Assembly: GCA_021842385.1 (NCBI GenBank)
Contig: JAKCAE010000027.1
Location: forward strand, 1 to 59,101
Reading direction: 5' to 3'
Length of the DNA stretch: 59,101 nt
Source of the DNA: a bacterium
GTDB lineage: Bacteria > Patescibacteriota > Doudnabacteria > UBA920 > VMFF01
Position 1 is the first letter of the stretch, and every line of letters starts with the position of its first letter. Shown here piece by piece: positions 1-7,431 of the stretch. Both the position numbers and the translations under genes were made by a program. A model generated the notes under the pieces. The model was not told where the DNA came from, did no database searches, and saw only the letters and a program-made list of their open reading frames with translations.

Positions 1-1138
1 TTTTGTCAGGTCTGTTTTCAACAGCACGATTTAGCTGGGAAAGTGCAAGTACAGGAATGTTTAATTCTCGGGCCAGACCTTTTAAGGCTCTGGAGATTTC
101 CGAAACCTCCTGAACTCTGTTTTCAGAGCTGTGACCTTGCATTAATTGCAAGTAGTCAATGACAATCAAACCCAGTTCTTGTTCTGCTTGTAATCTTCTT
201 GCTTTGGTTCTAATTTCCATGATCGTAGAACCTGCAGCATCGTCAATATATATTGGTGCTTCAGAAAGGCGACCCATTGCTTCACCGATTCTAGAAAAAT
301 CATTGTTTGGACCTTCATCTGAAAGATGCCCTGTTCTTAATTTCCAAAGATTTACATCAGCCTCAGAAGAAAGCAGACGATCAACTAATTGGTCTTTACT
401 CATTTCCAAAGAAAATATGCCAACTCCCATTTTAGAGTTTATGGCGACATTTCTGGCAATGTCTAAAGCTAGAGAGGTTTTTCCCATGGAAGGACGGGCT
501 GCAAGAATAACTAGGTCTGATTTTTGTAAACCACCAAGCAGGTTATCCAGATCAATGTATCCGGTTGCAATGCCGCGAAGCTTGCCTTTGTTTTTATGCA
601 AGTCATCAAGACGGTCAAAGGTTTCGTGCAAGACTTGGGTTAGGGGAATAAAGTTCTGTTTAAGGAATTTTTGAGAAACGCCAAAAAGTTTTTGTTCTGC
701 AGTATCTAAGATGTTTTCTATATCACCATCCTCTTTAAAACCCATGTTTGTAATTTCATTGGAAGCATGGATTAAGCGTCTTAAAGTCCCTTTTCTTCTA
801 ACAATTGAAGCGTAGTGAGTTATGTGTGCTGCTGACGGGACTGAATTCACCAGGGTTGCAAGGTATGAGGAGCCACCCACAAAATCAAGTTTTTTTTGTT
901 CATCCAAAAGGTTTGAAACTGTCAGAATGTCTATGGAGACGCTTTTTTCATAGAGTTCAAGCATGGCCAGATATATGGCTTTGTTGCGTTCATCGTAAAA
1001 ATCCTCAGAATGCAAAATGTCAGCAATTTTAATGATTGCGTCTTTATCAATCATTAAAGAACCTAAAACACTGGCTTCTGCCTCTAGGTTCTGTGGAGGC
1101 AGCCTGTCTATTTGTCCAAGATTTGGAGGAGTTTCCAT
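1..1138 (-). CDS. dnaB: Replicative DNA helicase DnaB (N-terminal about 379 codons; 3' end runs off the window)
   Basis: Absent from the ORF track because it is open at the window edge. My reverse-complement translation from the ATG at 1138 reads METPPNLGQIDRLPPQNLEAEASVLGSLMIDKD. It continues through Walker A ARPSMGKTS to DYLQLMQ...ISRALKGLARELNIPVLALSQLNR, all classic DnaB signatures. The + strand ORFs 159..674 and 805..1032 are antisense shadows. Confidence 0.9.
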   Translation of the reverse strand, partial: METPPNLGQIDRLPPQNLEAEASVLGSLMIDKDAIIKIADILHSEDFYDERNKAIYLAMLELYEKSVSIDILTVSNLLDEQKKLDFVGGSSYLATLVNSVPSAAHITHYASIVRRKGTLRRLIHASNEITNMGFKEDGDIENILDTAEQKLFGVSQKFLKQNFIPLTQVLHETFDRLDDLHKNKGKLRGIATGYIDLDNLLGGLQKSDLVILAARPSMGKTSLALDIARNVAINSKMGVGIFSLEMSKDQLVDRLLSSEADVNLWKLRTGHLSDEGPNNDFSRIGEAMGRLSEAPIYIDDAAGSTIMEIRTKARRLQAEQELGLIVIDYLQLMQGHSSENRVQEVSEISRALKGLARELNIPVLALSQLNRAVENRPDK

Positions 1139-1295
1139 GGGATTAAATATTCATTAAAAAGAGGTTAAAACCATATTAACAGATTAGCAATACAGGGACA
1201 ATTTCCCCATAGGTGGACAAGGTGGATAACAAGAAAAGGGGGTAAAAGTTAATCTAAAATTAAGGTTTTTTTAATCTTTTTTGAGTATTAATAGC

Positions 1296-4004
1296 ATGAA
1301 AAAAATTACTCATGCTATTTTAGTTTTAGTGCTCTTGGCTTCTTTTTTTGGAATTCCTGTTTCAAAAGCCGAGAATGTAAATCAGTGTCGCTCGTTTTTT
1401 ACAAATGACGGGTATTTCTTTGATAACTATGAAAGTCATGATTACAACAGTGGCTTTTTAGCAGTGCATTTTAAATTGAAATCAGATTACGCGGATGGAC
1501 GCGGTTGGAACGGAAACCTGTATTTGCACAAGCCTGATTGTTCAACAGACATGGTTACAACATTGGGAGTTAACAGAGAGAACGGGTTGCCACCACGCGT
1601 TCTTAATTTTAGTTTGCGTTTCGCAGGGGATAACAAGGTTGATCTGTGGAATGACGAAACTGACTTGCCAATAGTTTGTGATACCTGCAGCTATATAATT
1701 GATAACCCATCACGATATTCCAGTATTAGCTTTTTTGCAGGAATTGACGGCAATGCTTCCTTTATTCATACTGGTTCTTTTCCAATTATTGAGAATTTTG
1801 TTCCTAAGAATCCAGTGATAGTCATACCGGGTTTGTTGGGTACACAATTAAATTCCTCAAGTGGAGAAATACTCTGGCCAAACGTTGAAAAAACGATTTT
1901 AGAACAAGCTGACAGGTTTATGGATCCTCTTGGTTTTAATGCTAACGGCAGCGGCTCTTTGATTGCCATAGGACCAGTCATACAAAGTATTAATCATCCT
2001 TTGGGAAGCATTGATTATGTAAAAAAATTACAGGATCGTTTGGTTTTAGGAGGTTATGCTGTAGACAGTGCCCTCTTCTATTTCAACTATGACTGGCGTT
2101 TGGGAATAACGGAGAACTCTTTAAAGCTTGCTCAGAAAATATCTGAGGTTTTAAGCCAGACAGGAGCTTTGAAAGTTAATATTGTGGCACATAGCTTTGG
2201 TGGATTGGTAGCAAAAAAATATGTTCTTGATACAGGAGCAGAACAGAAAATAGACAAGGCGGTGTTTGTTGGCGTGCCCAACTTGGGCGCTGCAGCAGCG
2301 GCAAAGACATTAATGTTTGGCGATAATTTTGATTTTCCTCTTTTGAACCAAGATGAAATACGCAGCATTGCCCAAAACATGCCCAGCATATATGAGGTAC
2401 TACCTTCAAAAGAATATTTTAAACATCAACCAGGGTTTTATGACGACATTACGAATATATCAAATCCGGGCATATTAGATTATGAACGCAGCAAGGCTAT
2501 GCTTGTTTCTTTAGGAAAAAATTCGAGGCTCCTTGATGAAGCAGAGGCCTTGCATGATGCTTTGGATAATCTTGATTTGAAAACATTTGGCGTCAATCCT
2601 TACAACATAGTTGGCTGCGGAACTTTCACGGTTAAAACCATAACCAAGATGTTTTCAGGAGCACCTTCACTTTTAAAAAAGTTTTTAAACCAGCCAAAGT
2701 ACAAAATCTATGCAGATAGCGGAGACGGCACAGTGCCTTTGGTAAGTGCTAATTTTTTTAGCACTGACAGTTCCAAAACTCTTTTTGTTTTGGATGCCAA
2801 ACACTCGGGGATGTTAAGTCAAGACAAGATCCCGGCATATATTTTTGCCTTTTTAAATGGCATTAATATTGTTAATCTCGCTCCTGGATACTCTTTTCAG
2901 CCTAATTTTTGTGGACTATCAGGCAAATTAGTTAATCTGCCAAGTGACTTGGAAATATCAGTTAAAGACGCAGCAAGCCAAAGAGACTTAAGCGCTGGTT
3001 ATGAATATACGGAAACTAAAGTTGGAGAGGATGACTATTTATTTTTACCAACAAGAAATAATCAGGAGTATAGTGTAAGCGCTAAGCATAAAAGTACTGC
3101 TGTTACTCATCCAGTAAGCGTTGCTGTTAAAAACTATGTTACAAATTCTGGAAACTCTACTGAGACAACTAATAACTATGAGAATATAAGCATAAAACAA
3201 AATTTGGTTTTAACTATAAAAAACAGTGGCGAACTCTTGCAAAATTATGATTCGGATAATAATGCAGAGGAAATAATTCCGACCTATCAGCAAACTAACT
3301 CGGCAGAAGATAACAATCCGCCACAAAGTAGTCTGTTGAGAGTTAGTAACAATCTCACAGTAACAAATCCTGAAATCACACTTAGTTTAAACGATAAAAA
3401 ATTCCGTTTTCAAGTTAGTGATAGCGGCGCTGGAGTTTTTCAATCAGCATATTCCTTAGATTCTGGCGAAACTTGGAAAGTTATTGCTAATGATACATTA
3501 ATTGATATTCCTGTCGATACCCCGCAGATTATATATTACAGCTCTGATAAAGCGGGGAATATAGAAGAGTTGCATGTGTTAAATTTTGTCTGGGATTATC
3601 CAAGTCAAAATCCACAAATACCGAACAACCAAACAGAAGCCACTCAGCCCCAAAGCGTCTATTATATAACCAATTCATATCCTCAAGCAGAAGATGTACA
3701 AATAAGCTCTCAAACAGAAGATCCGACAGATCCAGAATTCGATGATATTTTTCGGGAAGAGAATTCTGGCGAAGATTCCACCTCTTTTGATACTGAGTTA
3801 CCAAATATACTGACTCAGCCGCAAGAGATCCATATAACCTTGGAGCTTCCTGAAAGCTTGTTTTCTAGAGAATCACTTGTGGATAATCAAGAGCAAGAAT
3901 CAGTTGAAATTGAGCCTCAAGAAACAAAACAAAGCCTTTGGACCAGAATTAAAGGCTTAGGTAAGAAGTTTGTCGGTTTTTTAGAAAATTTAATATTTCT
4001 TTAA
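1296..4004 (+). CDS. Secreted LCAT/PGAP1-like alpha/beta-hydrolase (lipase/acyltransferase) with C-terminal Ig-like module and acidic low-complexity tail
   Basis: ORF 1281..4004. The ATG at 1296 gives signal peptide MKKITHAILVLVLLASFFGIPVSKA. Motifs PGLLGTQL, YDWRL, nucleophile elbow AHSFGG, GDGTVP and KHSGML fit the LCAT-family Ser/Asp/His layout. FRFQVSDSGAGV...YYSSDKAGNIEE looks like a bacterial Ig-like surface module. The tail is Q/E/P-rich. Confidence 0.6.
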   Translation: MKKITHAILVLVLLASFFGIPVSKAENVNQCRSFFTNDGYFFDNYESHDYNSGFLAVHFKLKSDYADGRGWNGNLYLHKPDCSTDMVTTLGVNRENGLPPRVLNFSLRFAGDNKVDLWNDETDLPIVCDTCSYIIDNPSRYSSISFFAGIDGNASFIHTGSFPIIENFVPKNPVIVIPGLLGTQLNSSSGEILWPNVEKTILEQADRFMDPLGFNANGSGSLIAIGPVIQSINHPLGSIDYVKKLQDRLVLGGYAVDSALFYFNYDWRLGITENSLKLAQKISEVLSQTGALKVNIVAHSFGGLVAKKYVLDTGAEQKIDKAVFVGVPNLGAAAAAKTLMFGDNFDFPLLNQDEIRSIAQNMPSIYEVLPSKEYFKHQPGFYDDITNISNPGILDYERSKAMLVSLGKNSRLLDEAEALHDALDNLDLKTFGVNPYNIVGCGTFTVKTITKMFSGAPSLLKKFLNQPKYKIYADSGDGTVPLVSANFFSTDSSKTLFVLDAKHSGMLSQDKIPAYIFAFLNGINIVNLAPGYSFQPNFCGLSGKLVNLPSDLEISVKDAASQRDLSAGYEYTETKVGEDDYLFLPTRNNQEYSVSAKHKSTAVTHPVSVAVKNYVTNSGNSTETTNNYENISIKQNLVLTIKNSGELLQNYDSDNNAEEIIPTYQQTNSAEDNNPPQSSLLRVSNNLTVTNPEITLSLNDKKFRFQVSDSGAGVFQSAYSLDSGETWKVIANDTLIDIPVDTPQIIYYSSDKAGNIEELHVLNFVWDYPSQNPQIPNNQTEATQPQSVYYITNSYPQAEDVQISSQTEDPTDPEFDDIFREENSGEDSTSFDTELPNILTQPQEIHITLELPESLFSRESLVDNQEQESVEIEPQETKQSLWTRIKGLGKKFVGFLENLIFL

Positions 4005-4054
4005 TTAGTAAGGAGTATAATACCTTTACAAAAGAGTATTAATCTGGAGTATTG

Positions 4055-4888
4055 ATGAGAGTTTATGCACCAAACCTCATTAAAAGTTTGGCATTATTTG
4101 ATTTGCCAACAACAAAATATAATCAAAAACAGCAGAATAGTTTCTTAGAAAGAATCTTTAAACAGCTTCTTGTATACGATGGTCTTCCGGACAATGACTT
4201 TGACAGTGTCATTACAGAAGCGCTAGAAATTTCTGCAGCGAGGAATCCTGCATTTGAAATATTTTTCAATCGGGATTTTGAAAAATATATCATTGAGAAA
4301 AAACATCATGCCAGGTGGCAGAAAATAATCAGAGACTTCAACTACTATGTGGACTGGGAGAGTAGAAGAAGAAATAAAGAAAATCCGTATTCTCCGGAAA
4401 AGACATTAAGTCAGGAAATTATTGAGAAATTACCTGATTTCAGCAAGCAAAGGAAAAATCATCCATATCAATTTGATCAGCTATATCTTCAAACCAAGCA
4501 ATTGTCAGAACACTTAGATGAATTAACCAAGGATTATAAAGAAAAAAAAGACAAAGATCTTTTTAAAGTTAAGGTTGATAGCATTTTGCTCCCTCAAAAA
4601 ATTGTTTTTGCACTAAATAGTAGTGAAGCAATGAGGGAGTTTGTAGAGGGGGAGATTGTCATGGTTAATCTTAAAATTGCCATGGATGCTTTTAAGATTG
4701 CTGATCGTTTCTTAGAAAGGATTATTGATTCATTAAATAAGCTTTCTTGGTCTGCGGCTGGTCAAAATCTTCAACGCATCGAAAAATGTCTGCATCTGGC
4801 CTTAATATTGAGTCCTGAGCTCAAAAAACGGATCATAGATAGTGAAAAGCTCTTCATCTTCTTCATGGAGTCAGAGATTGACGTTTAG
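4055..4888 (+). CDS. Hypothetical protein (K/E-rich, no signal peptide)
   Basis: Long ORF 4052..4888. The ATG at 4055 is preceded by GGAG about 7 nt upstream. I recognise no motif. Confidence 0.6.
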   Translation: MRVYAPNLIKSLALFDLPTTKYNQKQQNSFLERIFKQLLVYDGLPDNDFDSVITEALEISAARNPAFEIFFNRDFEKYIIEKKHHARWQKIIRDFNYYVDWESRRRNKENPYSPEKTLSQEIIEKLPDFSKQRKNHPYQFDQLYLQTKQLSEHLDELTKDYKEKKDKDLFKVKVDSILLPQKIVFALNSSEAMREFVEGEIVMVNLKIAMDAFKIADRFLERIIDSLNKLSWSAAGQNLQRIEKCLHLALILSPELKKRIIDSEKLFIFFMESEIDV

Positions 4889-4979
4889 GGATTTATACTG
4901 TATACTCTCTTTAATCATCCGTTTATATATTTTGTGAGACTTATTTGGATGATCGTAAGTCTTGTGTGAAAGGCCTATA

Positions 4980-5303
4980 ATGGCAAAATTGTTCGTAGGT
5001 GGTCTTCCTTGGGCTACCACCAGTGATGAGTTGAACCAGTTGTTCTCTCAAGCTGGCGCAGTAACTTCTGCAACCGTTATTCAAGATAGAATGACTGGCA
5101 GAAGCAAAGGGTTTGGTTTCGTAGAGATGTCTGATGAAGACTCTCAGAAAGCAATCGAGATGTTCAACGGTTCAGATTACGGCGGAAGAAAGCTCGTTGT
5201 AAACGAAGCTCGCCCAATGACCGAAAGACCAAAGAGATCATTCGGCGATCGCGGTGGACGCGGTGGCAATGGCGGATTTGGTGGAAGAAGAGACAATTTC
5301 TAA
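4980..5303 (+). CDS. RRM-type RNA-binding protein with Gly/Arg-rich tail
   Basis: RNP-2 LFVGGL and RNP-1 KGFGFVEM motifs, with C-terminal GDRGGRGGNGGFGGRR. The ATG at 4980 (MAKLFVGGLPW) is preferred over the TTG at 4962. Confidence 0.85.
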   Translation: MAKLFVGGLPWATTSDELNQLFSQAGAVTSATVIQDRMTGRSKGFGFVEMSDEDSQKAIEMFNGSDYGGRKLVVNEARPMTERPKRSFGDRGGRGGNGGFGGRRDNF

Positions 5304-5316
5304 ACTCTAAATCTTG

Positions 5317-5354
5317 AAAACTCCTCCCGGAGTAATTCCGGGGGGAGTTTTTTT
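5317..5354 (+). terminator. Intrinsic terminator after the RRM gene
   Basis: AAAACTCCTCCCGG / CCGGGGGGAGTTTT stem with one G-U pair and a 7-nt loop AGTAATT, followed by a run of 7 T. Confidence 0.75.
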
Positions 5355-5355
5355 G

Positions 5356-5383
5356 TTGACATGTTTTCTTGAGATGATAAAAT
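5356..5383 (+). promoter_or_regulatory. Sigma-70-like promoter facing into GC-rich island 1
   Basis: TTGACA (5356-5361), a 16-nt spacer, then extended -10 TGaTAAAAT (5375-5383). Prediction from sequence only. Confidence 0.45.
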
Positions 5384-5431
5384 TAATTATCGCTTTTTTG
5401 CGAATAATGTTTACTGACGGAGGATATATCA

Positions 5432-5749
5432 TTGGCCGCACAGGTAGTTGTCTACGAAGAGTTATCTGACTCGGATCAAGCGCTCGTGCGACAGCAGATG
5501 CGCGCGGTACTTTCGCGCCATCGTGTAAGGGCAGTTCAAAGCTTGCAAGAGATTGCAACGCTGGACGATCCAAGTCAAGCTGTTGCGCTTACTATGGCTG
5601 AGATGACTGCGTTCGGGCGCATGGTTCGCATTCAGCAGCAGCGCTACGCGTTATCTGCATCTCCTTTGGAGATTTTTACGGAGCTTGCGGATTTACACAT
5701 TAACCCAGAGGACTTTGGTTGTCCCAAGGTTGATGTGGTTCTTCTTTGA
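5432..5749 (+). CDS. Hypothetical 105-aa protein, GC-rich island 1
   Basis: TTG start at 5432 lies 7 nt after GGAGGA (5419-5424). Composition is GC-rich and the protein is Ala/Arg/Gln-rich. No recognisable motif. Confidence 0.5.
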   Translation: MAAQVVVYEELSDSDQALVRQQMRAVLSRHRVRAVQSLQEIATLDDPSQAVALTMAEMTAFGRMVRIQQQRYALSASPLEIFTELADLHINPEDFGCPKVDVVLL

Positions 5750-5815
5750 GAGCGGTCAACAAGCGATGGGGCGTCTGAACAAGGCGTCTCTTTGCTTTTT
5801 ATGTTTTTAAAACAA

Positions 5816-5841
5816 GAACACGAGACTTTCGTCCCGTGTTC
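5816..5841. terminator. Hairpin between the convergent island-1 ORFs
   Basis: GAACACG / CGTGTTC 7-bp stem with a 12-nt loop, between the stop at 5749 and the minus-strand stop at 5880. There is no clear U-tract. Confidence 0.35.
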
Positions 5842-5879
5842 AGGTTTGCTAGGTGTAGTTCCTAGTATTACTTCTCCTC

Positions 5880-7241
5880 CTATTTTGTTCCGTTCCTGTA
5901 GATCGCCCGGTGCATGTCCGGCATCGGCGGCAAACCTTTTCCGCGCTTGTGGGCGCGCACGAATGTTTCGTTCTCAGCGAGCGTAATTCCGTGCTCCAGA
6001 GCCAATTCGCAGGACCTGGGTGAAGGATGCCGGCCTTCAGGAAGCGGCCGCACAAACCAACCAACTTCATGTTCGTGCTTTAGTCGCCGTCTGGTCTCGT
6101 TGCTTGCTTCCTCAAGCTCCTGGTCCAGCTCGTTTGCGCTCCGGACAGTGTCTTCGATGTACCGCAAGCGCGGTACAATCATGTCAGGGATTTGAACGAT
6201 GTTTTGTTCTTCACCCCTTCTGAGCAGCCGTTTGAGCAGGCTGGGCTTGTTGTACAAACGAGTTATAGCAGGCATCCTGTGAACCGCCGTTGCGGCTGCG
6301 ACTAGATCAAACAGCCGTATGCCGTGGATCAGGCGGAATGCTTGGTACTCCAGGTCACGTCCAGCAGCAGTGAATAGGTCGCTGACTCGCGCCAATGGCA
6401 TCTCTATTGAATAGAAGAGCTCTCCGGCAGAGTCCATTGTCCACATGAAGCCTGCTCCATCCGGTGGACTGACCGAAGTTGCCTTTGCAACCTTGCTGAA
6501 CACTCTCTCCTCAGACCGCAAACCCAGTTTCAGATTCTCGATCGTAGGGAGACAAGTGATTGCCAGCGGGGAGCCGTAGAACTTGAAGCCATGTTCGCGA
6601 AAGTGATCTGGGTCAAAGAACACCCAGGCATGAGCATGGTCGTGCATGACGCCGTCCTGGAAGTACGCAGGTTTGACTCCGTACCTGCGTAGCTCATTCA
6701 AACGACCGATCAGCTCATCAGCCTGAGTGCGTATGTCATCAACTGAAATCATCGCGCTCATCTGTTTGTAGAGTTTTGGGTCGCTGGGGTGCAAGCTCTC
6801 GATAAACGCTTGCGAGTTGTTCCTGATGTTGATGCTTTGTTCCAGGTTGTAGAGCTTGACGCTGTACCAGCGATCGAACTCATATGGACTGTTGCGAATT
6901 TGACTAGCCAGTTGACTCACATAGTCCAGACCCTCAATGCCTCCTCGGAAGTCCTCTACAAAGAGCAAACCGAGAATGCGATGGAGCAGATTGCTGCCCA
7001 CTGTCGTGCCATTCAGACCAAGAGTCTTGATCTTGATCGCGTCAATGGTGAGACAGAGGTCCAGGTACATCTGGATCGCGTCACGATAGTGACCGCTGAC
7101 ACGGAAGCGGGCGTAAATCTTCTTGGCTGCTTCCAAGAACTCTGGGTACTGAGCGTTCTTGCGAATTGCAGTCGCGACCATCCCTGCGAACGGAAAGTTC
7201 GCGATGACTTGCGGCAGGCGCCGCGGCCAATCAATGCGCAT
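5880..7241 (-). CDS. Hypothetical 453-aa protein, GC-rich island 1
   Basis: Longest ORF in the GC-rich block; the + and - ORFs overlapping it are high-GC shadow frames. AAGGAGG lies about 40 nt upstream of the ATG. The basic C-terminus reads HEVGWFVRPLPEGRHPSPRS...ETFVRAHKRG. I can name no family. Confidence 0.7.
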   Translation of the reverse strand: MRIDWPRRLPQVIANFPFAGMVATAIRKNAQYPEFLEAAKKIYARFRVSGHYRDAIQMYLDLCLTIDAIKIKTLGLNGTTVGSNLLHRILGLLFVEDFRGGIEGLDYVSQLASQIRNSPYEFDRWYSVKLYNLEQSINIRNNSQAFIESLHPSDPKLYKQMSAMISVDDIRTQADELIGRLNELRRYGVKPAYFQDGVMHDHAHAWVFFDPDHFREHGFKFYGSPLAITCLPTIENLKLGLRSEERVFSKVAKATSVSPPDGAGFMWTMDSAGELFYSIEMPLARVSDLFTAAGRDLEYQAFRLIHGIRLFDLVAAATAVHRMPAITRLYNKPSLLKRLLRRGEEQNIVQIPDMIVPRLRYIEDTVRSANELDQELEEASNETRRRLKHEHEVGWFVRPLPEGRHPSPRSCELALEHGITLAENETFVRAHKRGKGLPPMPDMHRAIYRNGTK

Positions 7242-7339
7242 TGTTGATTTCCGGAAAGGGTTGTTAGAGAACTGTTCTCCACCTCCTTATAGATAGCAAA
7301 GGCTTTGTAATCTATTAGCAGGGGAAGTTTTAACAAAAT

Positions 7340-7368
7340 ATCATACAATCTTAAAGTTGTTTTGTCAA
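7340..7368 (-). promoter_or_regulatory. Sigma-70-like promoter for the 453-aa island ORF
   Basis: On the minus strand: TTGACA (7368-7363), a 17-nt spacer, TATGAT (7345-7340). It sits in AT-rich DNA about 90 nt upstream of the ATG at 7241. Confidence 0.45.
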
Positions 7369-7380
7369 GGATATTGGGTA

Positions 7381-7409
7381 TTGGATTTACTAATTTTTTT
7401 TGATATCTT
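7381..7409 (+). promoter_or_regulatory. Candidate dinB promoter
   Basis: TTGGAT (7381-7386), a 17-nt spacer containing a T8 run, then extended -10 TGaTATCTT (7401-7409). Confidence 0.35.
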
Positions 7410-7412
7410 TAA

Positions 7413-7430
7413 GGTGAACAACTGTTCACC
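7413..7430. promoter_or_regulatory. SOS (LexA, Cheo-type) box GGTGAAC-AACT-GTTCACC
   Basis: Perfect 7-bp inverted arms that include the GAAC-N4-GTTC core. The box ends 1 nt before the dinB ATG (7432) and lies just downstream of the candidate -10. Confidence 0.55.
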
Positions 7431-7431
7431 T

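Noticed and set aside
159-1032. Plus-strand ORFs of 171 aa and 75 aa from the ORF track
   Set aside because: They lie antisense to a clearly recognisable dnaB reading frame and have no motifs, so they are shadow ORFs.
7267-7279. GAGAAC-T-GTTCTC palindrome upstream of the 453-aa island ORF, considered as a second LexA-type box
   Set aside because: The arm spacing is 1 nt, not the 4 nt of the GAAC-N4-GTTC motif. It cannot be called an SOS box from sequence alone.
5792-7348. Multiple overlapping ORFs (64-152 aa) on both strands inside island 1
   Set aside because: These are typical open shadow frames of GC-rich DNA. The 453-aa minus-strand frame is much longer and has a promoter and an SD-like element.
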